A stretch of 64,000 bases of DNA from Eledone cirrhosa. Lineage: Eukaryota. The notes under the pieces were generated by a model, which was given only the letters and a program-made list of their open reading frames with translations, did not search any database and was not told where the DNA came from. The position numbers and the translations under genes were made by a program. Below are positions 11,830 to 27,711 of the stretch, piece after piece (position 1 is the first letter of the stretch; the number at the start of each line of letters is the position of its first letter). The stretch spans positions 85,126,001 to 85,190,000 of the forward strand of contig OZ024740.1 of assembly GCA_964016885.1 (NCBI GenBank). The letters run 5' to 3'.

Positions 11830-14800
11830 GCCCTTTCTGCCTGTGTGTTTGTTTGTTTATGTGTGTTCGTATACAGCGTGGTGATAATGCCACACAAGGG
11901 CCAAGTGGAATGGCGGATCCACAGATGGCTATGTAACCATACATTCGCCAATCCTCGATAAGAGTGTTTAAATATCGAACATAAACAGTTCGAATAACGG
12001 TGAAATGGAGACTAGAACGTCATGTGACAGACTCTCACCCAACAGGTGCCCCCTGGCTCAGCAGCAGGAACCTGACTGTCAACCAAATACTGCTGATGTT
12101 GGAGGAAGGAGAAGGAAAGGGGCCAGAACCAACTGGACGAAAGAATTGAATAGAACTGTTATGCAATGTTACCTGAAAAGTAACCACAAGGAGAGGGGCT
12201 ACAGGAGACGGATGCATAACATCTGGAACGAGATTGGTTTATTTAAATTAGATGAACAAAAATTGGCCGGGCAGGCTCGGGTAATAAGAACTAATGGGTG
12301 GATAAGCGAGCTGGAACTGGAGGAACTGAGCAGAGAGAATGGCTTGGAGATGGTGGGTGTAGTATGCCAGACAAGCGAGCCAGTGGGAAATGAAGGTGAG
12401 GGGGTCCTGAGAACGGAGGAACCACCCGAAGCAGACAATGATCTGAATACTGAGATAAATAATACCTGGAACAGAGATACGGCCACTGAGGAGATGAATG
12501 CTGACGGGCTAGGACAAGATTCGGTTGACATCCTAAATTTAGTGGTAGATGAATTGAACAATGATAGTGGGAGACCTATGAACCTAAGATTTGTAGACAG
12601 GAAAAAGTTAAAAGAAACAACAGCTAAGGTAAACAAAGTCATCCCATACCTTGAGGCGAGGAGCCTTCACCAGTGCAACAATATCCTCAAAGCAACAGCA
12701 AATACGGTGAGGAAACTACTTGGTATAAAAGCGAGAGGAAACAACAGACAAGAAAGAGCAGAGCCGTGGTGGAAGAAGCGACTGAGTGGGCAAATCGGGG
12801 AAATGAGAAATGACATAGGAAAGCTTGAGTCACTACTGAATGGGACACTAAAAAACAGGCACTAAAAATAGACTGGAAATAAAATACAAAACTAGGAGGA
12901 AAAAGCTAAATATTATCATAGAGGAACTGAAGCAACGCATTGTAGCAAAGAGTGCAAAAATCAGGCGATACGAGAACAGAGTCAGTCAGTATAAACAGAA
13001 CCGCATGTTCGACAACAACCAGAAGATGCTGTTTGGACAGCTTGAGGGGAAAGAAAGAGGCAACGACTTGATCCCTGGGGCGGAGCAAACTAAAACATTC
13101 TGGAGAGGAATATGGGAGCAGGATGTTAGACATAATGTCCAGGCAGGGTGGATTGAGACAGTACAGAAGGAGATCGGTGAGCAGGCACAACAACAAACTG
13201 ATTTGAGTATCACAGTTGAAACTCTTAAGGGGCAGGCCAAAAAACTAACCAACTGGAAATCACCAGGCCCAGATGGTGTGCAGGGGTATTGGATTAAACA
13301 TTTAACATCCCTCCACCCGAAGCTGACGGCCATGTTCAATGACTGCTTGGTGTCGGATGAGGTGCCAGAGTGGTTGACAAAAGGTACCACAGTTCTGATA
13401 ATGAAAGACCGAATCAAGGGTAATGATGTTACCAACTATAGACCTATCACATGTCTGTCCGTAATGTGGAAACTGTTGACGAGCATTGTGTCTGAGGAAA
13501 TCTACCATCACCTCCACACAAACAACTTGTTACCGGACGAACAGAAAGGATGCCGAAAGAAGTCACGTGGTACAAAGGACCAGTTACTTATTGATAAGAT
13601 GGTAATGGGGAATTGCAGGAGGAGACACACTGATCTTGCCATGGGATGGATAGACTACAGAAAGGCATTTGACATGGTGCCTCATTCTTGGATCACCAAA
13701 AGCCTGGAGATCTTCAGGGTGACAGATAACATCAGACAGTTGCTAGGCAGGAGTATGAGGTCCTGGGAGACAGAGTTGACATCAACTGGAGTATCCTTGG
13801 GAAGCGTGAAGATCAAGAGAGGTATCTTCCAGGGAGATAGCCTGTCCCCTCTGTTGTTTGTCCTTGCCCTGATGCCCTTGACCATTATGCTGCGAAAAGT
13901 GAGAGCAGGATACAAGTTGGGAAGAGGAGAGCTTACCATCAATCACCTCCTCTTCATGGACGATCTTAAGCTCTTCGGGAAAAGTGAGAAGGAGTTGGAT
14001 GTGCTTGTTGACACTGTCCGTATTTTCAGCAGTGATATATGTATGCAGTTTGGTATTGGTAAATGTGGAGTCATTGTGATGAGGAGGGGTAGGTTGAGCA
14101 GAAGTAACGGGATCCAGATACCAACAGGTGAGATGATAAAGGAAATTGACTCTGAGGAAGGATACAAGTATTTGGGCGTTCTGGAGGCTGATGGCATAAA
14201 GAACAAAAAAATGAAGGAATTGTTAAGAACTGAATACATTCGGAGAGTAAGGAGCGTATTGAAGTCACATCTGAACAGCAGAAATGCCATAAGCGCAGTA
14301 AATTCCCGAGCTGTGTCTATTATTAGGTACAGTGCGGGAATTCTGAGATGGAATGTTGCTGAACAAAAAGAAATGGATAGGAAGACTAGGAAGCTATTGA
14401 CTATCTACAACATGTTCCACAAGAGGAGTGATGTCGATAGACTCTACCTAAGGAGATCTGAGGGTGGAAGAGGTCTTATCAGCATAGAGGTCTGTGTTCA
14501 GATGGAGAAAAACAACCTATACAAATACGTGACCTATAGTAAGGAGCCAATGCTCAGAACTGTGCTGAAGGAGGGGACAGTAGGCCAGGGGATGTCCAAG
14601 GAGGAAATAACATCAAGGAGGAAGAGCAGCCTTAAGGGAAAATCCCTTCATAGTACCTTCTTTGAGAAAACTGAATTTAGAGATCCACAGACATGGAACT
14701 GGTTGAGAAGAGGAGACCTCAAAAAGGCTACAGAAGGAATGCTAATGGCTGCGCAGGAGCAGGCCCTCAAAACGAAGTGGTTGAAGCACCATATTTACAA

Positions 14801-15490
14801 GGAGGAGGCTAGCCCACTGTGCAGGATCTGTGGAGAGAGGAGACTGTGGCTCACATTGTGTCCGAGTGTAAACACCTAGCCCAGACCCACTATAAGGGCT
14901 GGAGACACGATGTGATGGGCAGGGTGATCCACTGGCACCTGTGCAAAGTAAACAATTTACCACATTCTGAGAAATGGTATGAGCATAGGCCAGAGGCGGT
15001 GATGGAGAACAATCAGGTGAAGGTGCTGTGGGATTTTAGGATACAGACGGACAAAAAACTGGAACACAATAGACCTGACCTGGTGGTTGTGGACAAAGAA
15101 AAAAGATCGTGTCTGATTGTGGATGTGGCCTGCCCATTCGACACGAGAGTGCAAGAGAAGGAGAGGGAGAAAATTAACCGATACCAGGACCTAAAGTGGG
15201 AGGTGAAAAGGATTTGGAACTGCCATGAAGTCAAAGTGATCCCGATTGTCATAGGCGCACTGGGGACTATCTCCAAAAGTTTCCAGGGATGGTTAAAGAA
15301 AATCGGCCCCTTCACGCTTTTTGGAACGCTTCAAAAGGCATGCTTGCTTGGAACAGCAAGAACCCTCCGATACGTCCTGAATATCTGAGGCTGCAGGTAG
15401 TGGCTTGATATTCAATCCAACGGACTTTCTAGTTAACCAACATCAATGACTGAGATTCAAGGAATAACAACAATAATAATAATAATAATG
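11830..15490 (+). mobile_element. Near full-length R4/Dong-clade non-LTR retrotransposon (RT + restriction-like endonuclease), frameshifted
   Basis: ORFs 12005-12865, 13005-14879 and 14819-15388 contain [37 protein letters not shown], the CRICG..ETVAHIVSEC knuckle, RHD and RPDLVV..DV..P..EK..Y; (AAT)n tail. The 5' boundary is approximate. Confidence 0.93.
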
Positions 15491-15776
15491 ATTTCTTTAT
15501 TGGCCACAAGGGCTGACATCAAGAAAAACATCACAGACGGAACAGGACGGTACGATGTGGGTTTTGTGCGTGTAAATATTTTTATTATTTATATAAGAAA
15601 AGAAAAAAGAGATAAAACATATATATATAAACAATAAAATGAAAATTGAAACAATGAAAAATTCCCCAATAGGAGGGAAACCTCCGAGGGTTACTCGTGG
15701 CGAAAACCACACAAAAGACCACGGCCACCCTGACTACCAGGGCAAGCGCCCTCTCTCAATTTTTCCATCTCTCAAA

Positions 15777-18700
15777 CTACAGACGTATATTCAGAGTGGT
15801 CCCGTTCACTCGGACCATTCTCGCTACATTCACCCACCTTTCAACAAACTTGCTATAAAGCAGCACTTGCCTCTCCACCCTGATTTTCCTCTTCAAGTGA
15901 AACTTGAAAAAGTTAATCAGGGATTCGCCGAAGAGGAAAGTGTTTGTCTTTAATTCTTTTAACCTTGTCCACCACACAATCTCTTTCGCCATGGCCACCA
16001 GGCAGATGAAAACCGCCTGCCCTTCCTCCTCAAAGGAAGACGGCGAGACCATCTGCACAATGGACTCAGTCGACAACCGGATCAGTCCCACACGTGACAG
16101 CAACTGTTCGACATAGCTCCACAAGTCAGCAATGCTCGGGCACTGAACGAGTGCGTGCACAACGGTTTCGTCGCTATGCGCGCATCTCGGACAGGCTCGG
16201 CTGACGGCACTTCCGTGCCTGTAGAGCTTATCTCGAACCGGCAGCGCTCCCCGGTAGCACTGCTAGGCCAGGGATTTTTGGAAGTTATCCATAGGCCCCG
16301 GGCTGAAAGTTCTCCGGAAGAGAGCCAGCAGCTGATCTTCTTCGACGCCCAGCATCTCTTCGAGAACGTCGTCGCTCTTCCCCTCCACTAGTCCTCTATA
16401 GAACGCCGAGGTGGATGTTCCACCAATACTGGTGCCCAACTGGGAGAGGGCAGTGAGCGCCTGGAGACATTCCAGTTTCCAAGCGCCATCCCTCGGTCTT
16501 TTTCTGACCCAGGACTGCAGCTCCGTCAAGGAGACGAGCTGTGGGAAAATGTGCCTGGCGAACGGCGACCACACTCGTTCACCATCAAGGAAGCACCAGA
16601 GATGTCGCAGCCTCAGCGCATGTTTGTGCATCATAAGCCATGGCATGCCCAGTCCTCCACGCAACGGATGTTGACAGCAGATGGATCGTGTGACCATGGG
16701 AGCGTCTGACAGCAGATGGATCGTCTGACCACAAAAAGCGGAAGAGGAGGCGCTCCATTTTGGTGAGAGTTGGGCTGGAGCAAGGGACGACGGTGAGGCG
16801 GTAGCAGATGACGGATGTGATGTACGCATTCGCCACTTCCGCCTGGCCTTTCAGGGACAGCTTCCTCTCAGCCCATTTCTGGGTGAGGGAGGCCACCCTG
16901 CTCGTCACCTCGTTCCAGCTTTTCTCCATCTGGAGGTCCAGTCCGAACCAGACCCCGAGCAATTTAACCGGTCCGTCCGTCCAACGCCCCACGACGCTGT
17001 CGGACGGCATGGACTTGCCTCTCCAGGTGCCTAGCTGCAAGCCCACCGACTTTTCCTGGTTTATCTTTGCTGCTCCTGTCACCGTTTCGTATTCCTTGAG
17101 AGCGGTGCTGAGCATCTGGACGTGTCTGGTGCTCGACACCACCACGGTGACGTCGTCAGCGTAAGCCGACTCGGATTTCCCGCATCCTAGTTCGCGTGGG
17201 ACACCCCTCATCGCCCCCAGTTTGTGCAGTAACGGTTCGAGAGCCAATACGTACAAGAGGGACGAGAGGGGACAACCCTGGCGGACTGAGCGCATGATGC
17301 TGAACGGCTGCGACAGGTGACCGTTCACCCTCACAACTGAGCAGATGTCGCTGTACATTACTGCAATCCAACGCCTGAAAACGGGCCCGAAACCGGCTGC
17401 CTCAAGGACCACCGCCAGGTACCGATGGTCGACCCTATCGAATGCTTTGGATTGATCCAAGTTGATCAGGGCCCCACCCTTGCCAGGTTCCTTAACCACC
17501 CGTTCTGCTGCCAGTCGCAGTAGACGTCTCCCAAGAGGTCACCGAACAAGTCTGGCATAAATGCATAAAGCTCGTAGGGCAGACCATCTAAACATGCCGA
17601 TTTACCTCTTGTGCAGTTAGCCATCGCTTCCCGTATTTCACCGACTGTTATTGGCTTTTCGCAACACTGTGCTGCGGTCGTCGAGAGCCGAGGCAGTCCG
17701 TCGAGGTATGCACTGAAGTCCATGCCCCGATCCGGGCCACCGCCGCTCCCGAACAGTTCAGCAAAGTGCTGCTGAAAAGCTTCACACATCCGCTCGGGTT
17801 CGAGCATCACGCACCCGTTTTGGTCAGACAAAGACCGAATTGTGGCTTTATTGCCACGTCGCGCCTCTGCCACCCGGGCCCATTGGACGGCTTTTGTCCC
17901 CTCGTGTTTCAGAGCACGCGCTCTAGCTCTGACAACGCAGCCTTCGTGTTTTGCGTTGAAGAATTGGTCGAGTGCCAATCTCGCCGCAAGCACGTCGGTT
18001 GCGATGCCTGTCCTAAACGCCTCTTCTAGCTTTGTGACTAGCTCTCCCTCTACTCTATTTTCCTTTATCACTACTCCTTTGCTAAACCTAATCGACTCTA
18101 CTTTAATTGCCCTTTTCAGGGCGAACCACCACCTGTTGTTGACGACCTCTCCCGTCAACGCCCGCTTAACTAATACGCTAATCCGGTTTCTGTAGGCCTT
18201 GCGCGCCGGGAAAGACGCGTTCAGCTTCCAGTAACCAGGCCCTTGTCTATGAAGTCTGTCTATGTCGATCTCACAGATCACAAATTTGTGGTCTGTGTAG
18301 TCGACTATTTTAAATTGTGGACAACTTATACTCGCCTTATCTAGTTCCCTGCAGAATACCCTATCTAGATACGATCTGGATGACCCGATGCGGTTTGTCC
18401 ATGTCCACATTGGCACATTCGGGTGATCCAGTCGATACCTGTCAGACAGTTCAAAACGTCTGAGCAGGTTGGTGAGGCTCTTGCACCCTCCTCCCCTATC
18501 CACTAGCCCCACACGATCCCAGCGTGCATCCAAGATACCGTTCCAGTCGCCCACTAACACTAAAGAGCGGGACGTTCCAAGAAAGGCCTCTAGACGTCTG
18601 AAGAAATCTGTCCGTCCTGCCCCTGTTGGGGCGTAGACGGCTACTAGCCTGAAAGCATTGCCTTCGCTGCCGGTCACGTCCAGCACCACCAACTTACCTT

Positions 18701-19004
18701 CTGGGTCCAGGATGATGGCCCGTATCGCGAGATCCAAGCCTCTCCGAAAAAGGACGGCAACCCCTCCCCCCGATCCTGGACGGCTGGGAGATGCGTATAC
18801 ATCGTAGCCGCCGAAGATCGGTGCGAAGGCCCGTGCCTCGGAGATTCTGGTTTCACTGATGGCCACCACATCTATGTTTAGTGACTTGAGGTCATTGAGC
18901 AGGCGACCCTGCTTCCAAGATGACCCCAGGCCACGTGCATTTATACTGCCTATTCTTAGTACAGCCATGTTGGATGAGAAACGGGGCAAATGAGAAAGGG
19001 TCAC
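15777..19004 (-). pseudogene. Tx1 ORF2 (APE-RT), split into four ORFs
   Basis: ORFs 17466..19004, 16585..17499, 16263..16829 and 15777..16160 are collinear pieces; part of the RT start appears deleted near 17500. Confidence 0.88.
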
Positions 19005-19053
19005 TTACCTTGTTCGTGTGGTGAAGGGACAGTAGAACCGTCCCTTTCGCTGG

Positions 19054-20880
19054 TCATGGGTGTTTCCAAGAGGATGTCAGTGTATAACCGTCCCTCTGAA
19101 GTCTCCAACTGCGTTGGGGAATTTTTGTTTTAAAGGTTTGTATTGTTCTATTGAGATTTTGATGATGCTTATGTTTGTCGGGAGAGTTCTTGGTGTTGGT
19201 GGGGTGTAGTAGTTTTTTTCCGTGATGTCTGTGTGCTGCTTTATATATTTTATGAGTTCTTTTTTTGCTATGTTTATGGCTGTGTACTTTTGGGGGGGAG
19301 GGGTGATTTTGTTGCCGTTTCCTTCTTGTTGCTGTTTGGTGTGTGTGTCTTGTTGTTTGCGTTGTTGGTGTTTGTGTGGTGTTGCTGCAAGTTTCCTTGC
19401 TGCCTTTACCCCTCTTTGAATGCCTTCGCTTTTGGAGGGTGTATCTAAGGGTTTTTTTTTTTTGTTTTTTTTTGTGGCAGACTGTTTGCCACGTCACTCC
19501 CGCCTCAAACTCCATGTCGGATTCTGTGGCGTCTGGGAGGGGTATGTGCTCCACGGCTGTTGGTGGTGGTAGTGGAGCCCTCTTCGGCAATGTTGTTGCT
19601 GGTGTAGCTATTTCAAATGTAGCTATTGGTGTTGCCGCTACTGATGATGCTGCTTTAGTTATCCGTGGCCTTGGTACGGGTGCTACGGACGTTGCCCTCC
19701 TACTCACCGTGGAAGGGGCTTCTTCGTTTGTTGCCTGTCCTGCTCTTGGTAGCAGCGGACCAGGTATTGGAAGGAGAGGGACCCTCTTCGGTGTCTTCTG
19801 CGGGCAAAAGGCCCTGAGGTGACCTTTCGACCCACAGAGATAACATTTTGGCCGTCTTCCTTCTACACTTATAGGGAGTTGGAGTCCTTCCTCAAAGTCT
19901 ATGATATCGGGGATAGCCTCGATACAGTCCTGGTCAGTTTGTATAAGCATTTGCATGCCTATACCTGACCAGTTCTCTCTCCCTATTTTTTCTACTTGCA
20001 GCATGGTCGCCCTGTTCTCAATTCTAGCAAGGACAGACGCGGCCAGCCAAGGTATGGGCACGTCGGGTGGGACCTGGGTCACTTTGACCCTCACAATTTT
20101 CTGCCCGCAGTAGGAGGGCACCAAGACTAACTCCTCACTCTTTAGGGTTTCCAAAGAGTGAGACTTTGCTTCCTGGGGGGTGGCGAAAAGTACGTCTACT
20201 GTGGCGTACTTTCTGCCTCGGGTGATGTGGGTTTTGCGTGCCCAGACGCACCCCAAGGCCTTTTGGATTTGAGCCTCCGTGGCTCTCTCCACTCGATGTG
20301 AGATTTTGCTTACGGTGCGGTAAGTCACCGTTCGTAGCTGCTGGTCCTTGAAAAAATCGGGTGGAGGTTTCAGGGAAACTCTATTTGCGCTTCTTGTCAC
20401 CATGGCCCTTGCGACTGCCATCTCCTCCTCTGTGACTAACACTGTCTCGATATTTCGGGCGACACCTGCAAAAGAAGTGGTCCCTTTTTCAGCAGCACCA
20501 CTATTGCTGCCGCTACTGGTCTTACTGGTGGTGCTGAGGTCGCTATTACAGGTATCGGTTTCATTGTTGTTCTTTTCGCTGGTACAGTTATGGGTGTTGT
20601 TTTCCTTGATACTGTTACTGCTGTTACTGTTATTGTGGCTGTTGTTATTATTGTTGTTTTTGTTGATACTGATCCTACTATTATTGTTGTTGTGGCTGTT
20701 GTTATTGTCATTGTTATTGTCGTTCTCGACCTTACCGCTGTTATTTTTGTTATTGTCGTTCTCGACCTTACCGCTGTTATTTTTGTTATTGTCGTTCTCG
20801 ACTTTACCGCTGTTATTTTTGGTGTTGTTGTTGGTGATGTTGTTGGTGTTATTGTTGGTGTTGTTTGTGTTAGAAATATT
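19054..20880 (-). pseudogene. Tx1 ORF1 (gag-like, CCHC knuckle) with Asn-rich N-terminal extension and 3x36 bp repeat
   Basis: ORF 19054..20442 plus upstream in-frame Asn/Ser-rich sequence; repeats at ~20715-20820. Confidence 0.75.
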
Positions 20881-21250
20881 TGGTAATTTTAAATCTGTAA
20901 CAATCTTTTTTTCCTTTGTTTTAAATCTGTAACAATCTTATTTACCTCCGCTGGAACGCTGTCTTGTTGACATGCTGATAAAGTCTCCCTCTCTCTGTGT
21001 TGTCTGACAGCGCTCTCTCTCTTTTTTGTGTTATCCATGTTGAAATTTTTCAAAAAATATGTTTACATAAATACGAATACGACACCCCGTAAAGGGGTGC
21101 CGTATTATTTACTAGTGAACCCCTGTATTAGGTGGGTCACTTCTAAACTTTTATCAAATTTAAAACTTGAATAAAAGGTTTAGAACGGTTGAAAAAGAGG
21201 TAAAACGTTGAAAAAGATTGGAGGCGATAAGAAGCGCGGCTTCACCAACC

Positions 21251-23348
<2,098 letters not shown>

Positions 23349-23758
23349 AAAAAGAAGAAGAAAAAGAAGACGGACGCGGATAAGGAGGGGGAGAGGAAAA
23401 AAGGGAGCAAGGACAAGGAGGGGATGAGGAAGAGGCGGAGGAAAATGAGGAGGAAGAAGATCATGAGGCGGAAGGTGAGGAGGTGAGAGATGATGAGGAT
23501 GAGGATGATGATGATGATGAGGAGGAGGAGGTGGATAAGGAGAAGAGGATAAGAAGGCTGATGAGGATGATGATGATGAGGATAAGAAAAGAAAGAAAGG
23601 ATTTAGCTCCTCTGTTTACTTCTCAGGAACATTGTGACCTGCAGATCTAAAAATAAACTTAGATCTCATCGGAACAAAATCCTGACCAGGTTGTGCTTCT
23701 GCGTGGTGAATTAGTAGCTAACAAGCTGTATTAATTTCACCATATACATACATATACA

Positions 23759-23837
<79 letters not shown>

Positions 23838-23841
<4 letters not shown>

Positions 23842-24299
23842 AAATGGGGAGAAGAATACTGCAGGTTGCACATGGATAACATGTAATAAAATGAGTCCCT
23901 CATCAGTGATTTGCCGACGATCATAGATATTTCATTGCATTAAAAATCATATACCTCACGTCGGTGCAATAATAACTAAATTAAGTTATTAGGACAATTA
24001 AAACGCGTAAAGCGAGTGAGACAAGATAACAACAAAGAGGAGAGCTAACCGTAGAGAGGAAGGGAACAAGCTACATAGTTATTCTGTTAGCATAAGCTAG
24101 GTGAATATATGAGCGCTTAGAAAAAAGACCTTTCGGGATGAATACAAATGTGAGAAAGAGAGAAAATGTTTTCGTCGCGAACGGGGTGAAGTGAGAAGGG
24201 GTGAAACAGTGAGTGAGTGAGTGGAAGTGTGAGGAAGAGTTAACTGACATGACAGAGGGGGCGAAAGAAAGTAGGAGAAACAGAGAGAACGAGGGAGCA

Positions 24300-24343
<44 letters not shown>

Positions 24344-24527
24344 AACAGAATCGCAGTTTAGGTAAATATATGTGAAAAAATGGGGAGAAGAATACTGCAG
24401 GTTGCACATGGATAACATGTAATAAAATGAGTCCCTCATCAGTGATTTGCCGACGATCATAGATATTTCATTGCATTAAAAATCATATACCTCACGTCGG
24501 TGCAATAATAACTAAATTAAGTTATTA
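23838..24527 (-). mobile_element. Non-coding partial-tandem element (unit ~536 bp), same family as 60151-61262
   Basis: 23838-23990 repeated at 24374-24527; flanked by (TA)n; carries the GAAA...ATCACTGATGAGGGAC motif. Confidence 0.8.
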
Positions 24528-24638
24528 TATATATATATATATTAAAATATATGTAGGAGGTGAGTTTTATTGTAGTACAATAAAGCAATGCAGACATTGG
24601 ATAAGAAGCACTCTACAGTTTATAGGACTGGAGTATAC

Positions 24639-26733
24639 ATAATATAAGATCAAAAGATGGTTAAAGGAGTTCCATGTATTTTATTATGCGCATTTCAAAA
24701 ACAAACATCATCATGCAATAATATTTGTGTTTTCATCAGATAAAACAGGAGAACATGATATGAAGGCCAAAAAAACACTTGTGGATAGTGCAGTTTTAAA
24801 TCAACATATGAAAAGTGGTTTTAGATTGATGTGTGATATTGGGAAAAATATTTTATTTAGAGAGGGGGGGTGGTGGAAAGGATGAAAAAGGGGAGGAGAT
24901 GAGAGGGAGAGATGGGTGATAGAGAGAAAGAGATAGTTTTTATAACTGAGAGAAGATATATTGTTTTACATAGAGAGGTTGAAAACCGTTGGAAGATAAT
25001 GTATAAATTAAAAGAATTTGAAAATTAGCGAAGGGAAAGATATGTACGAGGAAAAAAAAATATAATATTTTATTTAGGGAGGGGGGGGGGAAGGATGAAA
25101 AAAGGGGGAGGAGATGAGAGTGAAGGTGGAGAGGGAGAGATGGGTGATAGAGAGAAAGAGATAGTTTTTATAACTGAGAAAAGATATATTGTTTTACATA
25201 GAGAGGTTGAGAACCGTTGGAAGATAATGTATAAATTAAAAGAATTTGAAAATTAGCGAAGGGAAAAATATTTGTTTTCTATCTGCCTGCATAAATTCCA
25301 TAGGACTTTTCACAAAGTATACAGTTAATATTCAATTCTTTATCAATTTAGAATCTTTTCTCAAAGGCACATATACATACACCTCTTTAAAATATACCCA
25401 TCTTCCTACCTTACTTTAAAGGGCATTATACACTCTATAATACTTGTTTACTCATTACCCTCTTTCTATCTTCACCTTGTAAAATCCTTCATAACATATA
25501 CATTTGTTTTTTTGACGTTAGAATATTCATCCGCAATTATTATTATTTTTTCTCTCTATCATAAAACTTTTTAATCTCAATTTCATCCTTAATTTATTAT
25601 TTTTTTCTCCCCATCAACGAACTCATTCTTAATACATATTAACTCGTTCTTCGCACATATTATCAATTCCTTCAATATACAAACTTTAACTTTCTATCTT
25701 CACCTTGTAAAATCCTTCATAACATATACATTTGTTTTTTTGACGTTAGAATATTCATCCGCAATTATTATTATTTTTTCTCTCTATCATAAAACTTTTT
25801 AATCTCAATTTCATCCTTAATTTATTATTTTTTTCTCCCCATCAACGAACTCATTCTTAATACATATTAACTCGTTCTTCACACATATTATCAATTCCTT
25901 CAATATACAAACTTTAACTTCACATTATTTTTCTCAAATCCTTCTACACACAAACCTTAATAATTTTTTTTCTCTTCGTTAATTTTGAAATTGCCACAAT
26001 ACTTATCAACATACACTTTTTTCACGTTAGAATATTCATCCACAATTATTATTTTTTCTCTCTAACTTCATACATAAACTCCCTCTCTTTCCTCGCAAAT
26101 ATTTTTCCCTTCGCTAATTTTCAAATTCTTTTAATTTATACATTATCTTCCAACGGTTCTCAACCTCTCTATGTAAAACAATATATCTTTTCTCAGTTAT
26201 AAAAACTATCTCTTTCTCTCTATCACCCATCTCTCCCTCTCCACCTTCACTCTCATCTCCTCCCCCTTTTTTCATCCTTTCCACCCCCCCCCCCTCCCTA
26301 AATAAAATATTATATTTTTTTTTCCTCGTACATATCTTTCCCTTCGCTAATTTTCAAATTCTTTTAATTTATACATTATCTTCCAACGGTTTTCAACCTC
26401 TCTATGTAAAACAATATATCTTCTCTCAGTTATAAAAACTATCTCTTTCTCTCTATCACCCATCTCTCCCTCTCATCTCCTCCCCTTTTTCATCCTTTCC
26501 CCCCCCCTCTCTAAATAAAATATTTTTCCCAATATCACACATCAATCTAAAACCACTTTTCATATGTTGATTTAAAACTGCACTATCCACAAGTGTTTTT
26601 TTGGCCTTCATATCATGTTCTCCTGTTTTATCTGATGAAAACACAAATATTATTGCATGATGATGTTTGTTTTTGAAATGCGCATAATAAAATACATGGA
26701 ACTCCTTTAACCATCTTTTGATCTTATATTATA
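24639..26733. mobile_element. Large fold-back element: ~635 bp arms, ~820 bp spacer, HHR near each outer end
   Basis: 24639-25274 is the reverse complement of 26096-26733; tandem duplications within the arms and in the spacer (25465-25690 / 25693-25920). Confidence 0.88.
26626..26692 (+). ncRNA. Type I hammerhead ribozyme (copies 24679-24745 minus, 28674-28740 minus)
   Basis: TTTTAT-CTGATGA-stemII-GAAA-TGCGCA-TA-ATAAAA; palindromic ATGCGCAT stem III, AUA triplet. Confidence 0.85.
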
Positions 26734-26815
26734 TTAAAATATATATATATATATTAAAATATATATATATATATATTAAAATATATATATCTCTCTCTCT
26801 CTCTATATATATATA

Positions 26816-26879
26816 GAGAGAATTAATACATCTACCAACATATGCGTACGCATATGTTGGTAGATGTATTAATTCTCTA
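26816..26879. repeat. Perfect ~62 bp palindrome
   Basis: AGAGAATTAATACATCTACCAACATATGCGTACGCATATGTTGGTAGATGTATTAATTCTCT. Confidence 0.9.
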
Positions 26880-27153
26880 TATTTATCTCCAAATTATTTG
26901 TTGAGCAAACTTGCCAAATCCACTGCTAATTCATAGTAGTAATAGTAGGCTCTTGTCATAATACCACCCCACTCCTCCTGACTAACCTCAGTGTCACGTG
27001 ATTGATTCTTTAGAATACACCACTGACCAGAGGCAGTGAACTTTTTCAGTGCTATGGAATTTAGTCCCCGCTAGCCTATTACATCCACTGAATTATTATT
27101 TTTATATGGGTTCCTAGTGTCCGCGCATTGCCTGGGAACTTAGCTGAGAATAG

Positions 27154-27235
27154 ACTCCCTGATGACGTAATGAATTCTCGATAGTTACATTGTGTAACTA
27201 TATTTATCCCATTACAGAAACTAATTAGTTGGAGT
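27154..27235 (+). ncRNA. Type I hammerhead ribozyme with extended stem II
   Basis: ACTCC-CTGATGA-cGTAATG...ATAGTTACA ttg TGTAACTAT...CATTACa-GAAA-CTAATTAG-TT-GGAGT. Confidence 0.85.
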
Positions 27236-27287
27236 GAAAATTTTAGTAAGTTAATTTTTAATTTTTAAAATTTTCTTATTTTACGTC

Positions 27288-27368
<81 letters not shown>

Positions 27369-27406
27369 TAAATATTAATAAAATAGATGTTCTTTTGATC
27401 AATTAA

Positions 27407-27459
27407 ATTTTATTATACATATTTCAGAGGTACAACAGTACGTCCTCATCAGACAAAAT
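27407..27459 (-). ncRNA. Type I hammerhead ribozyme
   Basis: Minus strand ATTTTGT-CTGATGA-GGACGTACTGTTGTACCTCT-GAAA-TATGTA-TA-ATAAAAT. Confidence 0.75.
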
Positions 27460-27594
27460 ATAATGATACATGACATACCCTGAGATGTTAAATGGTTAAG
27501 ATTTAATCAACTGTGGAAAATATTTTACTGTAGAGTGCTTCCAATCTACTGTAAAACTTATTCTTTGATGTACTCATTGAATCTTGTTTAACTC

Positions 27595-27668
<74 letters not shown>

Positions 27669-27711
27669 CGATAAATTAACGGAGGCATAGGCCCTCGCTA
27701 TTCCCTGTAAA

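Larger units (their letters stand above)
15492..21250 (-). mobile_element. Full-length L1-Tx1 clade LINE with disrupted ORFs, inserted in (AAT)n
   Basis: ORF1 with CYLCGSKGHLRAFC knuckle. ORF2 APE (SINARGL, ISET, VYAP, GDWN, YLDR, TDH, YWKLN), RT (LDQSKAFDRVDH, SVRQGCPLS, AYADDV) and C-terminal HALVQCP. AAT repeats on both sides. Confidence 0.93.
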
